From positions 416,001 to 480,000 of the forward strand of contig OZ240219.1 in assembly GCA_965197645.1 (NCBI GenBank): a stretch of 64,000 nucleotides of DNA. Direction: 5' to 3'. The stretch comes from Dehalococcoidia bacterium. GTDB taxonomy: Bacteria > Chloroflexota > Dehalococcoidia > Plut-88900. Shown here one piece after another: positions 47,178 through 56,741 of this stretch. A program made the translations under genes and the position numbers. The notes beneath the pieces were generated by a model. It did not search any database. It was given only the letters and a program-made list of their open reading frames with translations, and had not been told where the DNA came from. Every line of letters begins with the position of its first letter. Within the stretch, counting starts at the first letter, position 1.

Positions 47178-49631
47178 CTACTTTGAAACAATATTCACAA
47201 GACGCCCGGGCACGTAGATAACTCTGTTCAGCGTCTTGCCGTCCAGCTGGGACTTTACCCGCTCGCTACCCAGCGCCAGCTCCTTGGCTTTCTCCTCCGT
47301 CACCTCGGCCGAGACCATAATCCGGTCTCTCACCTTCCCGTTGACCTGGATGACGAGGGTGATCTCCTCCTCCTTGGCCAGCTCCTCGTCCCAGTCGGGA
47401 AACGGCTGGTTGTGAATGCTGTAGGGGTGGCCCTTCTCTCCCCACAGCTCCTCGGCCAGATGAGGGGCCGTCGGGGCGAGAAGCGTCAGCAGAGACCCGA
47501 TGGCATTCCGCCATGTATCGGCCCCCACCGATTGCGCTTCCCACACCTTGCCCAGGTAGTTGGTCAGCTCCATCAAGCTGGCCAACATGGTGTTGAACCG
47601 GAACTGCTCCAGATCGTTGCTCACCTTCTTGATGGTGCGATGGACCACATGAAGCGTCTGCTTGACCGCCACATCATCGGTAGGGCTGCGGTCCATCTCC
47701 GCCGCGTCCAGCAACACCAGGTCCCACAACCGGTTGTACCAGCGTACTATGCCGTTGATTCCGGAGTCGCTCCACTCTCCTCCCTGGTCCCACGGCCCCA
47801 CGAACATCAGGTAGGCCCGGACCACGTCGGCGCCCAGCGTTTCCACGTACGGATCGGGGGTAATCACGTTCCCTCGTGACTTGCTCATCTTCTGCTTATC
47901 GGCCGCTATGACACCCTGATTGAACAGCCTGGTAAACGGCTCGTCGAAATCGACCAGCCCCATGTCCCGCAACGCCTTTATGAAGAACCGAGCGTAGAGC
48001 AGGTGCATGACGGCATGCTCGGCGCCTCCCGTGTACTGGTCCACGGGCATCCAGTGCTTCACCTTCTCGGCCTCAAAAGGACCCTGGTCGTAACCCGGCG
48101 AGGTGTACCGGATGAAGTACCAAGAGGAGCACATGAACGTGTCCATCGTGTCCGTCTCCCGGCGAGCGGGAGACTGGCACTTGGGGCAGGTGGTGTTGAC
48201 GAATCCTTCGTGGTACTTGAGAGGCGATTCCCCGGTGGGTCGGAACTCGGCGTCTTCGGGGAGCAGGACGGGCAGGTCCTCCTCGGGTACCGGCACCACG
48301 CCGCAGCCCTCGCAGTAGACCATGGGTATGGGCGCTCCCCAGTATCGCTGCCTAGATATCAGCCAGTCTCTCAGCCTGTACGAAATCGTCCGGTTGCCGA
48401 AGCCCGATTTTTCCGCTTCCTCGGCTATCGCACTCTTGCCCTCATCGCTGGTCCGGTCGTCGAACCTGCCCGAGTTGACCATGGTGCCCGGTTCAGTGTA
48501 AGCCTCTTCCAGCTCTTCGCCGCCGTACCCTTCCGGAGCGATCACCGTTTTGATGGTGAGATCGTACTTTTTGGCGAAGGCGAAGTCCCGGGTGTCGTGG
48601 GCGGGGACTCCCATCACCGCCCCGGTTCCATAGGTGAGCAGGGCATAGTCAGCGATGAAGACGGGCACACGATCGCCGTTGAGCCTGTTGACACAGTAGG
48701 CCCCGATAAAGACCCCGGTCTTCTCCTGGTCCTGGGACAGGCGCTCCACTTCCGTTGCCCTACGAGCATTCTCCACGTAGGCCTCTACGTTGGCCCTCCT
48801 GTCATCGGTGGTGAGCTTGTCCACCAGCGGGTGCTCCGGAGCAAGCACCATGAAGGTCACCCCGAAAATGGTGTCGGGGCGGGTGGTGAAAACGCGGATC
48901 TCCTTCTCCTCCAGCCCGTACTCTTCTATGCCGAAGCCTATCTCGACGCCTTCACTCCGGCCTATCCAGTTGGTCTGCATCGTCTTGATGCGTTCCGGCC
49001 ATTGGATGCCGCCGAACTCCAGCAGCTCGTCGGCGTACTTAGTGATGCGGAAGAACCACTGCTCCAGGTCCCGATGGGTAACCTCGGCGCCGCAACGCTC
49101 GCACGTGCCGTCGCCCAGCACCTGCTCGTTGGCCAGCACCGTCTTACAGCCCGGACACCAGTTGGCGGGGGCCTGGTCACGGTAGGCCAGATCATGATGG
49201 TGGAGCTGGAGGAACAGCCACTGGGTCCACTTGTAATACTCGGGGAGCGAGGTTATCGCTTCCTTGGACCAGTCGTAGATGGCGCCGATAGTCTTGAGCT
49301 GCTCGCGCATATTCTCGACGTTATCCATCGTCCACTTGTGGGGATGGATGCCGTGGCGTATCGCAGCGTTCTCGGCGGGGAGTCCAAATGCATCGAAGCC
49401 CATGGGATGGAGGACGTTGTACCCCTTCATGCGAAGGAACCGGGCGTGGGCGTCCGAGGGCGCCATCACGTACCAGTGGCCAATGTGCAGGTCCCCCGAG
49501 GTGTAGGGAAGCATGGTGAGGTCATACCACTTGGGCTTGGACGGGTCCTCGGTGACCTCGTACAGCTTGTCTTCGGCCCACCGCCGCTGCCACTTCCTCT
49601 CTATCTCCTGGGGGTTATATCTCAGCGCCAT
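47178..49631 (-). CDS. leuS: Leucine--tRNA ligase
   Basis: MLPYTSGDLHIGH, FTTRPDT, GTGAVMGVPAHD, KMSKS. Confidence 0.98.
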   Translation of the reverse strand: MALRYNPQEIERKWQRRWAEDKLYEVTEDPSKPKWYDLTMLPYTSGDLHIGHWYVMAPSDAHARFLRMKGYNVLHPMGFDAFGLPAENAAIRHGIHPHKWTMDNVENMREQLKTIGAIYDWSKEAITSLPEYYKWTQWLFLQLHHHDLAYRDQAPANWCPGCKTVLANEQVLGDGTCERCGAEVTHRDLEQWFFRITKYADELLEFGGIQWPERIKTMQTNWIGRSEGVEIGFGIEEYGLEEKEIRVFTTRPDTIFGVTFMVLAPEHPLVDKLTTDDRRANVEAYVENARRATEVERLSQDQEKTGVFIGAYCVNRLNGDRVPVFIADYALLTYGTGAVMGVPAHDTRDFAFAKKYDLTIKTVIAPEGYGGEELEEAYTEPGTMVNSGRFDDRTSDEGKSAIAEEAEKSGFGNRTISYRLRDWLISRQRYWGAPIPMVYCEGCGVVPVPEEDLPVLLPEDAEFRPTGESPLKYHEGFVNTTCPKCQSPARRETDTMDTFMCSSWYFIRYTSPGYDQGPFEAEKVKHWMPVDQYTGGAEHAVMHLLYARFFIKALRDMGLVDFDEPFTRLFNQGVIAADKQKMSKSRGNVITPDPYVETLGADVVRAYLMFVGPWDQGGEWSDSGINGIVRWYNRLWDLVLLDAAEMDRSPTDDVAVKQTLHVVHRTIKKVSNDLEQFRFNTMLASLMELTNYLGKVWEAQSVGADTWRNAIGSLLTLLAPTAPHLAEELWGEKGHPYSIHNQPFPDWDEELAKEEEITLVIQVNGKVRDRIMVSAEVTEEKAKELALGSERVKSQLDGKTLNRVIYVPGRLVNIVSK

Positions 49632-49691
49632 CTGTGTTTCTTTGCGTTATTTATTTTTCTCTGTCCCCTAGGGGACACGCCTTGGCCTTTT

Positions 49692-49720
49692 AAGTTAGCA
49701 CCAGCCCGAATACCTTGCAA
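49692..49720 (-). promoter_or_regulatory. Promoter for leuS
   Basis: TTGCAA-N17-TAACTT with TGn. Confidence 0.5.
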
Positions 49721-49863
49721 GCAGCCGGAGCGCGTTGGGATCATCAGGAAATTGGGCGCTCTCCGTCATTCGGTGCAATGGGCCCAGGCGCGTTCCTCGG
49801 CCGCCCCTCTGCTATAATTGACCTCGCTCACGACGAATCATTCTAGCCACCGAGGTACCGCCG

Positions 49864-51267
49864 ATGCCCCCCAAGACGATGTTCAAGAAGATCTGGGAGA
49901 CCCACGTGGTTCACCAGGAAGCCAATCAGGACCCCATCCTGTACGTGGACCTTCACCTCGTCCACGAAGTCACCTCTCCCCAAGCCTTCGAGGGTCTCCG
50001 GCTGGCCGGCCGCCAGGTCCGAAGACCCGAGCTAACCATCGCCACTGTTGATCATAACGTGCCGACCACCGATCGCTCCCTGCCCATTAAGGACGAGATC
50101 TCCGCCCGGCAGATCCATGCCATGAACAGTAACGCCAAGGACTTCGGCGTCACCCTGTACGACATCCACAGCGACGGCCAAGGCATCATTCACGTCATCG
50201 GCCCCGAGCACGGCTACACCCAGCCCGGCAAGCTGATCGTGTGCGGCGATAGCCACACCTCCACCCACGGCGCCTTCGGCGCCATCGCCCTCGGCATCGG
50301 TTCCACCCAGGTCGAGCATGTGCTGGCGACCCAGTGCATCGTGCAGTCCTCGTTGAACACTATGGAGATACGTGTCGAGGGAGAGCTCCCCAACGGCGTC
50401 ACGGCCAAAGACGTGATCCTCGGCATTATCGGCCGCATCGGGGTGGATGGGGCTCGAGGCCACGCCGTCGAGTACACCGGCTCCGCTATCCGTGACCTGT
50501 CGATGGAAGGCCGTATGACCGTGTGCAACATGTCCATCGAGGCCGGCGCCCGCATTGGGATGGTCGCCCCCGATGAAAAGACTTTCGAATATCTCGAAGG
50601 CCGCCGGTTCGCTCCCCAGGGAGACGCCTGGGACGAGGCCGTCCAACACTGGAGCGGTCTCCCCTCCGATGAAGGGGCCGTATACGACCGTGTGGTCGAG
50701 ATAGACGCTTCGGAGCTTCAGCCCTACGTCACCTGGGGCACCAACCCCGGCATGGTCGCCCCCGTCACCGATTCGATCCCCAACCCCGAAGCGCAGCCCT
50801 CCGCCGCAGACCGTGAAGCGACGGAACGGGCCCTGGAGTACATGGACCTGCAGCCCGGCACGCCCATCCGGGACATACCCCTGGACCGGGTGTTCATCGG
50901 CTCCTGCACCAACTCCCGCATCGACGACCTTCGAGCGGCCGCAGAGCTGATAAAGGGCCGGAAGGTAGACCCCAAGGTGCTCGCTCTCGTCGTACCAGGC
51001 TCGTGGATGATCAAGGCCCAGGCGGAACAGGAAGGCTTGGACCAGGTCTTCAAAGAGGCCGGCTTCCAGTGGCGAGAGGCCGGCTGCTCCATGTGCTTGG
51101 GCATGAACCCCGACATCCTCAGCCCTGGCGAGCGCTGCGCCTCCACCTCCAACCGTAACTTCGAGGGCCGCCAAGGCAAGGGGGGACGCACCCACTTGGT
51201 CAGCCCCCAGATGGCCGCCGCCGCCGCCATCGCCGGCCACTTCGTGGACGTCCGGGACTGGGAGTAA
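49864..51267 (+). CDS. leuC: 3-isopropylmalate dehydratase large subunit
   Basis: [54 protein letters not shown]; TGCTATAAT upstream at 49810. Confidence 0.97.
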   Translation: MPPKTMFKKIWETHVVHQEANQDPILYVDLHLVHEVTSPQAFEGLRLAGRQVRRPELTIATVDHNVPTTDRSLPIKDEISARQIHAMNSNAKDFGVTLYDIHSDGQGIIHVIGPEHGYTQPGKLIVCGDSHTSTHGAFGAIALGIGSTQVEHVLATQCIVQSSLNTMEIRVEGELPNGVTAKDVILGIIGRIGVDGARGHAVEYTGSAIRDLSMEGRMTVCNMSIEAGARIGMVAPDEKTFEYLEGRRFAPQGDAWDEAVQHWSGLPSDEGAVYDRVVEIDASELQPYVTWGTNPGMVAPVTDSIPNPEAQPSAADREATERALEYMDLQPGTPIRDIPLDRVFIGSCTNSRIDDLRAAAELIKGRKVDPKVLALVVPGSWMIKAQAEQEGLDQVFKEAGFQWREAGCSMCLGMNPDILSPGERCASTSNRNFEGRQGKGGRTHLVSPQMAAAAAIAGHFVDVRDWE

Positions 51268-51308
51268 GCACGGTTTACCACCAGCCCAACCGCCTCAAGG
51301 AGATGTAA

Positions 51309-51920
51309 ATGCAACCCTTCACCAAGCTCACCAGCGTAGTGGCCGCCCTAGATAGGCCCAACGTCGACACCGACCAGATATGCCCTGCCCAGTTCCTCAA
51401 ACGCATCGAGCGTACCGGGTTCGGCCAGTTCCTGTTCCACACCTGGCGTCAGCTGGCCGATGGCTCTTCCAATCCAGATTTCGAGCTGAACAACCCCGCC
51501 TATAAAGACGCAGGCATCCTCGTTGCCGGTCGTAACTTCGGCTCCGGGTCCTCGCGTGAGCACGCCGTGTGGGCCCTGTACGACGCCGGATTCCACGTAG
51601 TAATCTCGTCCGGCCTCGCCGAGATCTTCCACAAGAACTGCTTTGAAAACGGCCTCTGCCCGGTGATCCTGCCCGAAGACCAGGTAGCGCAGATCATGGG
51701 CAGAGCCAAGGAGTCGCCGGGCTTTAAGCTGACGGTGGACCTGGAGGCGTGTGAAGTATCTGACGACGAGGGTCTCCGCTTTCCCTTCGTCGTCCACACC
51801 GATCCCCAGACCCATGATTACCGCAGGCACTGCCTGCTCAACGGCATCGATGAGATAGGCCTGACCCTGCAGCAGGAGGACAAGATTCTAGCCTACGAAA
51901 AACAGCACGGCCTTGTTTGA
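51309..51920 (+). CDS. leuD: 3-isopropylmalate dehydratase small subunit
   Basis: NVDTDQI.PAQFLK, NFGSGSSREHAVWAL, LLNGIDEIGLTL. Confidence 0.96.
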   Translation: MQPFTKLTSVVAALDRPNVDTDQICPAQFLKRIERTGFGQFLFHTWRQLADGSSNPDFELNNPAYKDAGILVAGRNFGSGSSREHAVWALYDAGFHVVISSGLAEIFHKNCFENGLCPVILPEDQVAQIMGRAKESPGFKLTVDLEACEVSDDEGLRFPFVVHTDPQTHDYRRHCLLNGIDEIGLTLQQEDKILAYEKQHGLV

Positions 51921-52056
51921 TTGTCCAATACTGTCGTTCCATCACACAAAACGAGAGGCATAGCTAGACCTCCGGGCCGCTTCGGAGACCGGAATCGCGA
52001 GGAACACCGAGCAGAGTACCCCGCAGGTCTTCGAGCAATAGATCCCACCCGATGTC

Positions 52057-53535
52057 ATGAACTGGCGAGAAGAATATAAACGCAAGCTCGGGTCGGCGGA
52101 GGACGCCGCTCGCCTGGTCAGGCCCGGCGATCACCTACACACCGGTCTGTTGCCCATGCCTCGGCTCATAGCCGACGCCATCTCCGCCCGCCGCGAGGAG
52201 CTGGGACAACTCCGGATTACCATGGTGGAGCCCGAATACGACCCGGGCTTTCTAGATTCGGGCTGGGAGGAGAAAGCCCCCGTCACCGTGGAAATCCACA
52301 TCGGCTCGGTGGCCGTAGGCGCCCTGGACGAAAGGCGCATCGATTACTCTCCCGTCCTGTTCAACACCTGGTTCAAGCCGTTCCACGAGCCGAACCGAGA
52401 CCTTGCCCCGCCCGACGTCTTGATCTGTACCGTCTCGCCTCCCGACGAAAACGGCTACTGCAGCTTCGGGGCGGACCTGTGGAACAAGAAGACCTTCGCC
52501 TCGTTGTCCAGGACCGTTCTGGTCGAGGTGGATGCCAACTTTATCCGCACCTATGGCGAGAACTACATACACGTCTCGGAGATCGGTGCCTTCGTCGAGA
52601 ATACCCCCACCATGATGACCGACGATGAGGTCGAAGAGATAGTAGGCGACGTCGAAGAACCCGACCGAAGGGAAGAACTACGCAAGATAGCTTTCGGCAT
52701 GGAGGCCGAGCGGCGTCGGGAATTCGTGCCCCAGCTTGCCACCCTGGAGCTGTCCCAGATGCGCAGCTGGGCCGCCTTCTACGCCGGCCTCTCGGACCCG
52801 GGGCCCGATGTGCGGCGAATGGCCGGCTACGTCTCTGAACTGGTCCCCGATGGCGCCACCATCCAGATAGGCGCCGGCACCCCCAGCACCCTCCTCCCCA
52901 CCCTTGGCGCCTTCGATGACAAACGAGACCTGGGCATCCACTCGGAGATGGCGGCCCCGGGGCTGATCGATCTCGTCGAAAGAGGGATCGTCACCGGGGC
53001 GCACACCAAGACCCATCCGGGCCGGGCCCGGCTGTCAGCCCTGACCGCAACCACAATTCGCGAGCAGAAGTGGGCCGACAACAACCCCATGGTCGAGCTT
53101 CTCGAGTCCCAGAACGTGGTCAAGATCCAGGACGTCGCCGCCATCGACAACATGGTCACCATCAACAACGCCCTGTCCATCGATCTCAGCGGGCAGATCA
53201 ACTCCGAGACCGTCTTTGGGGGCAGGCTGGTGGCCGGTACCGGCGGCCAGACGGAGCTGCACATGGGAGCCGTCCTTTCCAAGGGCGGAAGAGGTATAAT
53301 CCTGCTCCGTTCCACCGCCTTGGGAGGATCCATGTCCCGCATAGTGCCCCATCACGAGACGGGCGCTGTGGTCACCATTCCCCGTACCTACGCCGACACC
53401 GTGGTCACCGAGTACGGAGTGGCACAGCTTCTGGGCAAGTCGATACGGGAACGGGCCGAGGAGCTTATCGCCGTTGCCCACCCCGATTTCCGCTCGGACC
53501 TTCGGAAGAAGGCCCAAGAGCTGCTGTACCCCTAG
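52057..53535 (+). CDS. Acetyl-CoA hydrolase/transferase family (4-hydroxybutyrate CoA-transferase-like), paralog 1
   Basis: WREEYKRKL, VSPPDENGYCSFG, IQIGAG, GIHSEM, SIDLSGQINSE, GTGGQ, VVTEYGVA, AHPDFR. Confidence 0.9.
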   Translation: MNWREEYKRKLGSAEDAARLVRPGDHLHTGLLPMPRLIADAISARREELGQLRITMVEPEYDPGFLDSGWEEKAPVTVEIHIGSVAVGALDERRIDYSPVLFNTWFKPFHEPNRDLAPPDVLICTVSPPDENGYCSFGADLWNKKTFASLSRTVLVEVDANFIRTYGENYIHVSEIGAFVENTPTMMTDDEVEEIVGDVEEPDRREELRKIAFGMEAERRREFVPQLATLELSQMRSWAAFYAGLSDPGPDVRRMAGYVSELVPDGATIQIGAGTPSTLLPTLGAFDDKRDLGIHSEMAAPGLIDLVERGIVTGAHTKTHPGRARLSALTATTIREQKWADNNPMVELLESQNVVKIQDVAAIDNMVTINNALSIDLSGQINSETVFGGRLVAGTGGQTELHMGAVLSKGGRGIILLRSTALGGSMSRIVPHHETGAVVTIPRTYADTVVTEYGVAQLLGKSIRERAEELIAVAHPDFRSDLRKKAQELLYP

Positions 53536-53654
53536 CCCCCGCGTCGTTCCAACCCGTCCTTCGAAACACCCGGCGCAAACAGGCGGGCGCGACTCTCCTA
53601 AACCGGGCCGGCAAGAAGAATGTTAAAGATGGACTGGCAAGAGGGATGCCAAAA

Positions 53655-55136
53655 ATGGACTGGCAAGAGGAATACAGGCGAAAACTGGTCTCCGCCGATG
53701 AAGCCGCCCGGCTGGTGAAGTCCGGCGATAGGGTGGAGATCTCCATCTACCCCACCCCAACCCCTATCCCCGAAGCCATCGCCAGACGCCGGAACGAGCT
53801 TCGGGGTGTCGAGACGGTCATGCCCGAGCCGGCCCACCCTCTTCCCTGGTTCCAGCCCGGCTACGAAGACTCTTTTTCGACGACCCTGGAGGTTCACGTT
53901 GGCATGGGCGGCGGTCGGCCCCTCATGGACGATAAGCGAGCCGACTACTATCCCACGCTCTTTTCGCTGTGGCACAAACCCCAGAGGGAAAACCGGGCCG
54001 GCGCTCCTTCCATAGACGTGTTTATATGCGTCGTCTCCCCGCCGGACAGTAACGGATATTGCAGCTTCGGCGCTCATCTGTGGAACAAGCGCGTCCTGGC
54101 TGAACAGGCCAGAGTCGTCCTCGCCGAGGTGGACAGCACCGCTATACGGACCTACGGCGCCAACTACATCCACATGTCCGAGATCGACTGCTTCGTGGAG
54201 AACACTCCCGAAGTGATGTCGGATGAAGCCCTAGGCCGGCTGATCGAGAGTGTCGCTGACCCCGATGCCAGGGAGGAGCTTGCGGCCCTGGGTCAACGAG
54301 TCGAACCGGAGCGTAGATACGATTTTCTTCCTCCCCTCGCCGGACTGGACGCCGCCACCATCCGCTCCTGGGCCCAGGTATACGGATACCAGCCGGAACC
54401 GGAAGAGGTGGTAAAGACCATCGGCGGCTACGTCTCCGAGATCGTGCAGGACGGAGATACCCTGCAGATCGGGGGCGGCACGCCGACGACCCTCCTTCCC
54501 GGCATTGGCGTCTTCGACGATAAGCACGACTTGGGCATACACTCCGAAATGGCTGCTAGAGGCCTTATCTCGCTGGTAGAGAGGGGGGTGATCACCGGAA
54601 AACGGAAGAACTTCCACGCCGGGAAAGCTGTCCTATCGGCCCTTACTGCCTGCTCTGAAGAAGAGATCCGGTATGCTCACAACAACCCTCTCATCGAGCT
54701 TTACGATACCGACTATGTGGTCAATATCACCAACGTGGCCAAGAACGATGCTATGGTGAGCCTCAACAGCGCCCTCTCCATCGATCTCACGGGTCAGATC
54801 AACGCCGAGACGGTCTTCGGAGGCCGCTATATCGCCGGAACCGGGGGACAGCCGGAGCTTCACATGGGCGCCATATCGGCAAGGGGAGGCAAGGCCATCA
54901 CCTGCCTCCGTTCGACGGCCATGGCGGGCGTAGTTTCTCGCATCGTTCCCCAGCACGAAGCCGGGGCCAGCGTTACGGTTACCAGGGGGTTCGCCGATCA
55001 CGTCGTCACTGAATACGGTATCGCCCGGCTTTTCGGAAAGACATTCAGACAACGAGCTGAAGAGCTTATCGCCGTCGCCCACCCTGATTTCCGTTCAGAC
55101 CTTCGCAAAGAGGCCCGGAAACTCTTCTACCCATGA
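53655..55136 (+). CDS. Acetyl-CoA hydrolase/transferase family, paralog 2
   Basis: Same motifs as the upstream paralog; start MDWQEEYRRKL. Confidence 0.9.
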   Translation: MDWQEEYRRKLVSADEAARLVKSGDRVEISIYPTPTPIPEAIARRRNELRGVETVMPEPAHPLPWFQPGYEDSFSTTLEVHVGMGGGRPLMDDKRADYYPTLFSLWHKPQRENRAGAPSIDVFICVVSPPDSNGYCSFGAHLWNKRVLAEQARVVLAEVDSTAIRTYGANYIHMSEIDCFVENTPEVMSDEALGRLIESVADPDAREELAALGQRVEPERRYDFLPPLAGLDAATIRSWAQVYGYQPEPEEVVKTIGGYVSEIVQDGDTLQIGGGTPTTLLPGIGVFDDKHDLGIHSEMAARGLISLVERGVITGKRKNFHAGKAVLSALTACSEEEIRYAHNNPLIELYDTDYVVNITNVAKNDAMVSLNSALSIDLTGQINAETVFGGRYIAGTGGQPELHMGAISARGGKAITCLRSTAMAGVVSRIVPQHEAGASVTVTRGFADHVVTEYGIARLFGKTFRQRAEELIAVAHPDFRSDLRKEARKLFYP

Positions 55137-55140
55137 CTAA

Positions 55141-55328
55141 CAGGGTGTTGAATAACCCTTTCCGACCATCCCCCTGGCCCCCTTCCTGGCCAGGAAGGGG
55201 GCAGAAGTTATTTCTGAGGGACACCCCTTCGGCGGGCTCAGGGCAGGCTCTCAGACTCCCGGCCCCCAGCAGGCAGTCTGAGAAGAACTTGCTTCGCCCC
55301 TCTGCACAACCCATTGCCCATCAGCCCG
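55141..55328 (+). mobile_element. MITE-like composite repeat with CTAA target duplication
   Basis: CTAA (55137-40) | CAGGGTGTTGA ... CATCAGCCCG | CTAA (55329-32); internal palindromes; long near-identity to 62031-62201. Confidence 0.75.
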
Positions 55329-55362
55329 CTAATCGATTATTCCCACCCGGCGGTCTCGATTA

Positions 55363-56703
55363 ATGCGCGATCTCCTCGGCTCCCTGCCCATCCCCTTCCT
55401 GCACCTGCTCAAGGGTCGCCGGCTGCCTGACGACCTTCTCACCACCCAGCTGGAAAGAGCCTCCAACAACGACCTCTGTCCCATCTGCTACATGGACGCC
55501 GAGACTAGGTACACCTGGCTGTGGAGCCTGATGTGGGAGAGTGTCAACGATCCCGATTCCCGGGACGAGTTCATAGAGGCCGGCGGTCTTTGCCGTGCCG
55601 ACAACTGGGCCATGGTGGAGGTGGCCCTGGTGCAGATAAAGAGCAGCCTGGGCGTGGCTATACTCTTCGAGCACATGGCTCGACTTATCGAACGGGCGAT
55701 AACCGGGAGCGGCGCCTCCCCCGAACCGTGGATCGATGCCTCTCGCCTCCACTTCGATCTCGGCAGAGGCTGCCGGGCCTGCTCGACGGGTAACAGCGCT
55801 GCGCACCGAAGCATTGACCGTCTCGCCCTCGCCGCCCTGGTCCCGGACACACCGCTGTGGCTGGAACGGGCCTTCCCCATGTGCCACGACCACATGCGGT
55901 TGCTCATAAAGAGGACCTCGTCGGCCCGGGCACGAGAAACCTTCGCCGGCCTACAGATGGCCGGCCTGAGACACCTGAGCTCCACGGACCGGCCACCCCC
56001 CGACAAGCTGAAGAAACGCCCTCCCAGGCTGGACGCAGCCCTATTCTCTCGAGGCGACCGGTTTCCCGTCCCCCACGGCGCCCTGAACCTCCACCGGACG
56101 GCAGTGGAAAGATGCCCCATATGCGAATCGCTGGCCTCAGGTGAAAGGGCGCTCATCGAGGACGAACCGTGGTCCGAGGATAGCTTCCAGCCCGACCTGC
56201 CCTGCCTGGGCCATCACCTCCAGCTCGGCGCAGGGAACGATAGACTGGCCGATTCCCTCCGGTCCACGGCCCTCGAGGCACAATCACAACAACTCGGGCT
56301 ACCTCGCACCTCCATCCCTGTCACCCGATGTCCCATCTGCCAGCGAGCAGCCGACCTGGAAGGCGAAATCGTTCAAACTAGAGCAAACCGGTGGACCAAG
56401 GCGGTCAACGGGGATGATCTGATCTGTGTCCGGCACCTGGAATCGATGGCCGGCAGCGAGGTCCTGAAAGATAGAGGGGGGCTGCTGGAAGTACAGGGGG
56501 AACGGTTGGCCTATCTGATCAGAGAGCTCCAGGGATTCATCGCCCTGCACGATTACCGTTCGGCGCAACGCCCTCCGGAGGGCGCCGACTCCCCCTATCG
56601 CTGGGCGCTCCGCTTCTTCACCTCGGAACCGGCGGGCATGGCGCAGCTGTTGAGCGTAGGTGTCGCTGAGCACTTCCTGCCCTCCCGCCGCTCCCCCCAT
56701 TGA
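55363..56703 (+). CDS. Hypothetical protein with four CxxC..CxxH repeats (DUF6062-like, doubled)
   Basis: CPIC..ESVNDP..GGLCRAD; CRAC..PMCHDH; CPIC..PCLGH; CPIC..ICVRH; C-terminal FIALHDYR..WALRFF. Confidence 0.7.
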   Translation: MRDLLGSLPIPFLHLLKGRRLPDDLLTTQLERASNNDLCPICYMDAETRYTWLWSLMWESVNDPDSRDEFIEAGGLCRADNWAMVEVALVQIKSSLGVAILFEHMARLIERAITGSGASPEPWIDASRLHFDLGRGCRACSTGNSAAHRSIDRLALAALVPDTPLWLERAFPMCHDHMRLLIKRTSSARARETFAGLQMAGLRHLSSTDRPPPDKLKKRPPRLDAALFSRGDRFPVPHGALNLHRTAVERCPICESLASGERALIEDEPWSEDSFQPDLPCLGHHLQLGAGNDRLADSLRSTALEAQSQQLGLPRTSIPVTRCPICQRAADLEGEIVQTRANRWTKAVNGDDLICVRHLESMAGSEVLKDRGGLLEVQGERLAYLIRELQGFIALHDYRSAQRPPEGADSPYRWALRFFTSEPAGMAQLLSVGVAEHFLPSRRSPH

Positions 56704-56741
56704 TAACTTTTCCCGGTGGAAGCCTGCCTCAGGGTTAACGC

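Noticed and set aside
48003-49817. Long antisense ORFs (604 aa opposite leuS; likewise 9528-10787, 20934-22208, 27608-28999, 33637-35049, 50032-51240)
   Set aside because: They shadow well-conserved genes on the other strand, as expected from high-GC codon bias, and carry no recognisable motifs.
49632-49863. T-box or leucine leader peptide between leuS and leuC
   Set aside because: No GGTGGnACC T-box motif and no Leu-codon run; the predicted leaders are short.
53070-53654. N-terminal extension of the 688-aa ORF suggesting a fusion
   Set aside because: It overlaps the upstream paralog in another frame; homology to that paralog starts at ATG 53655.
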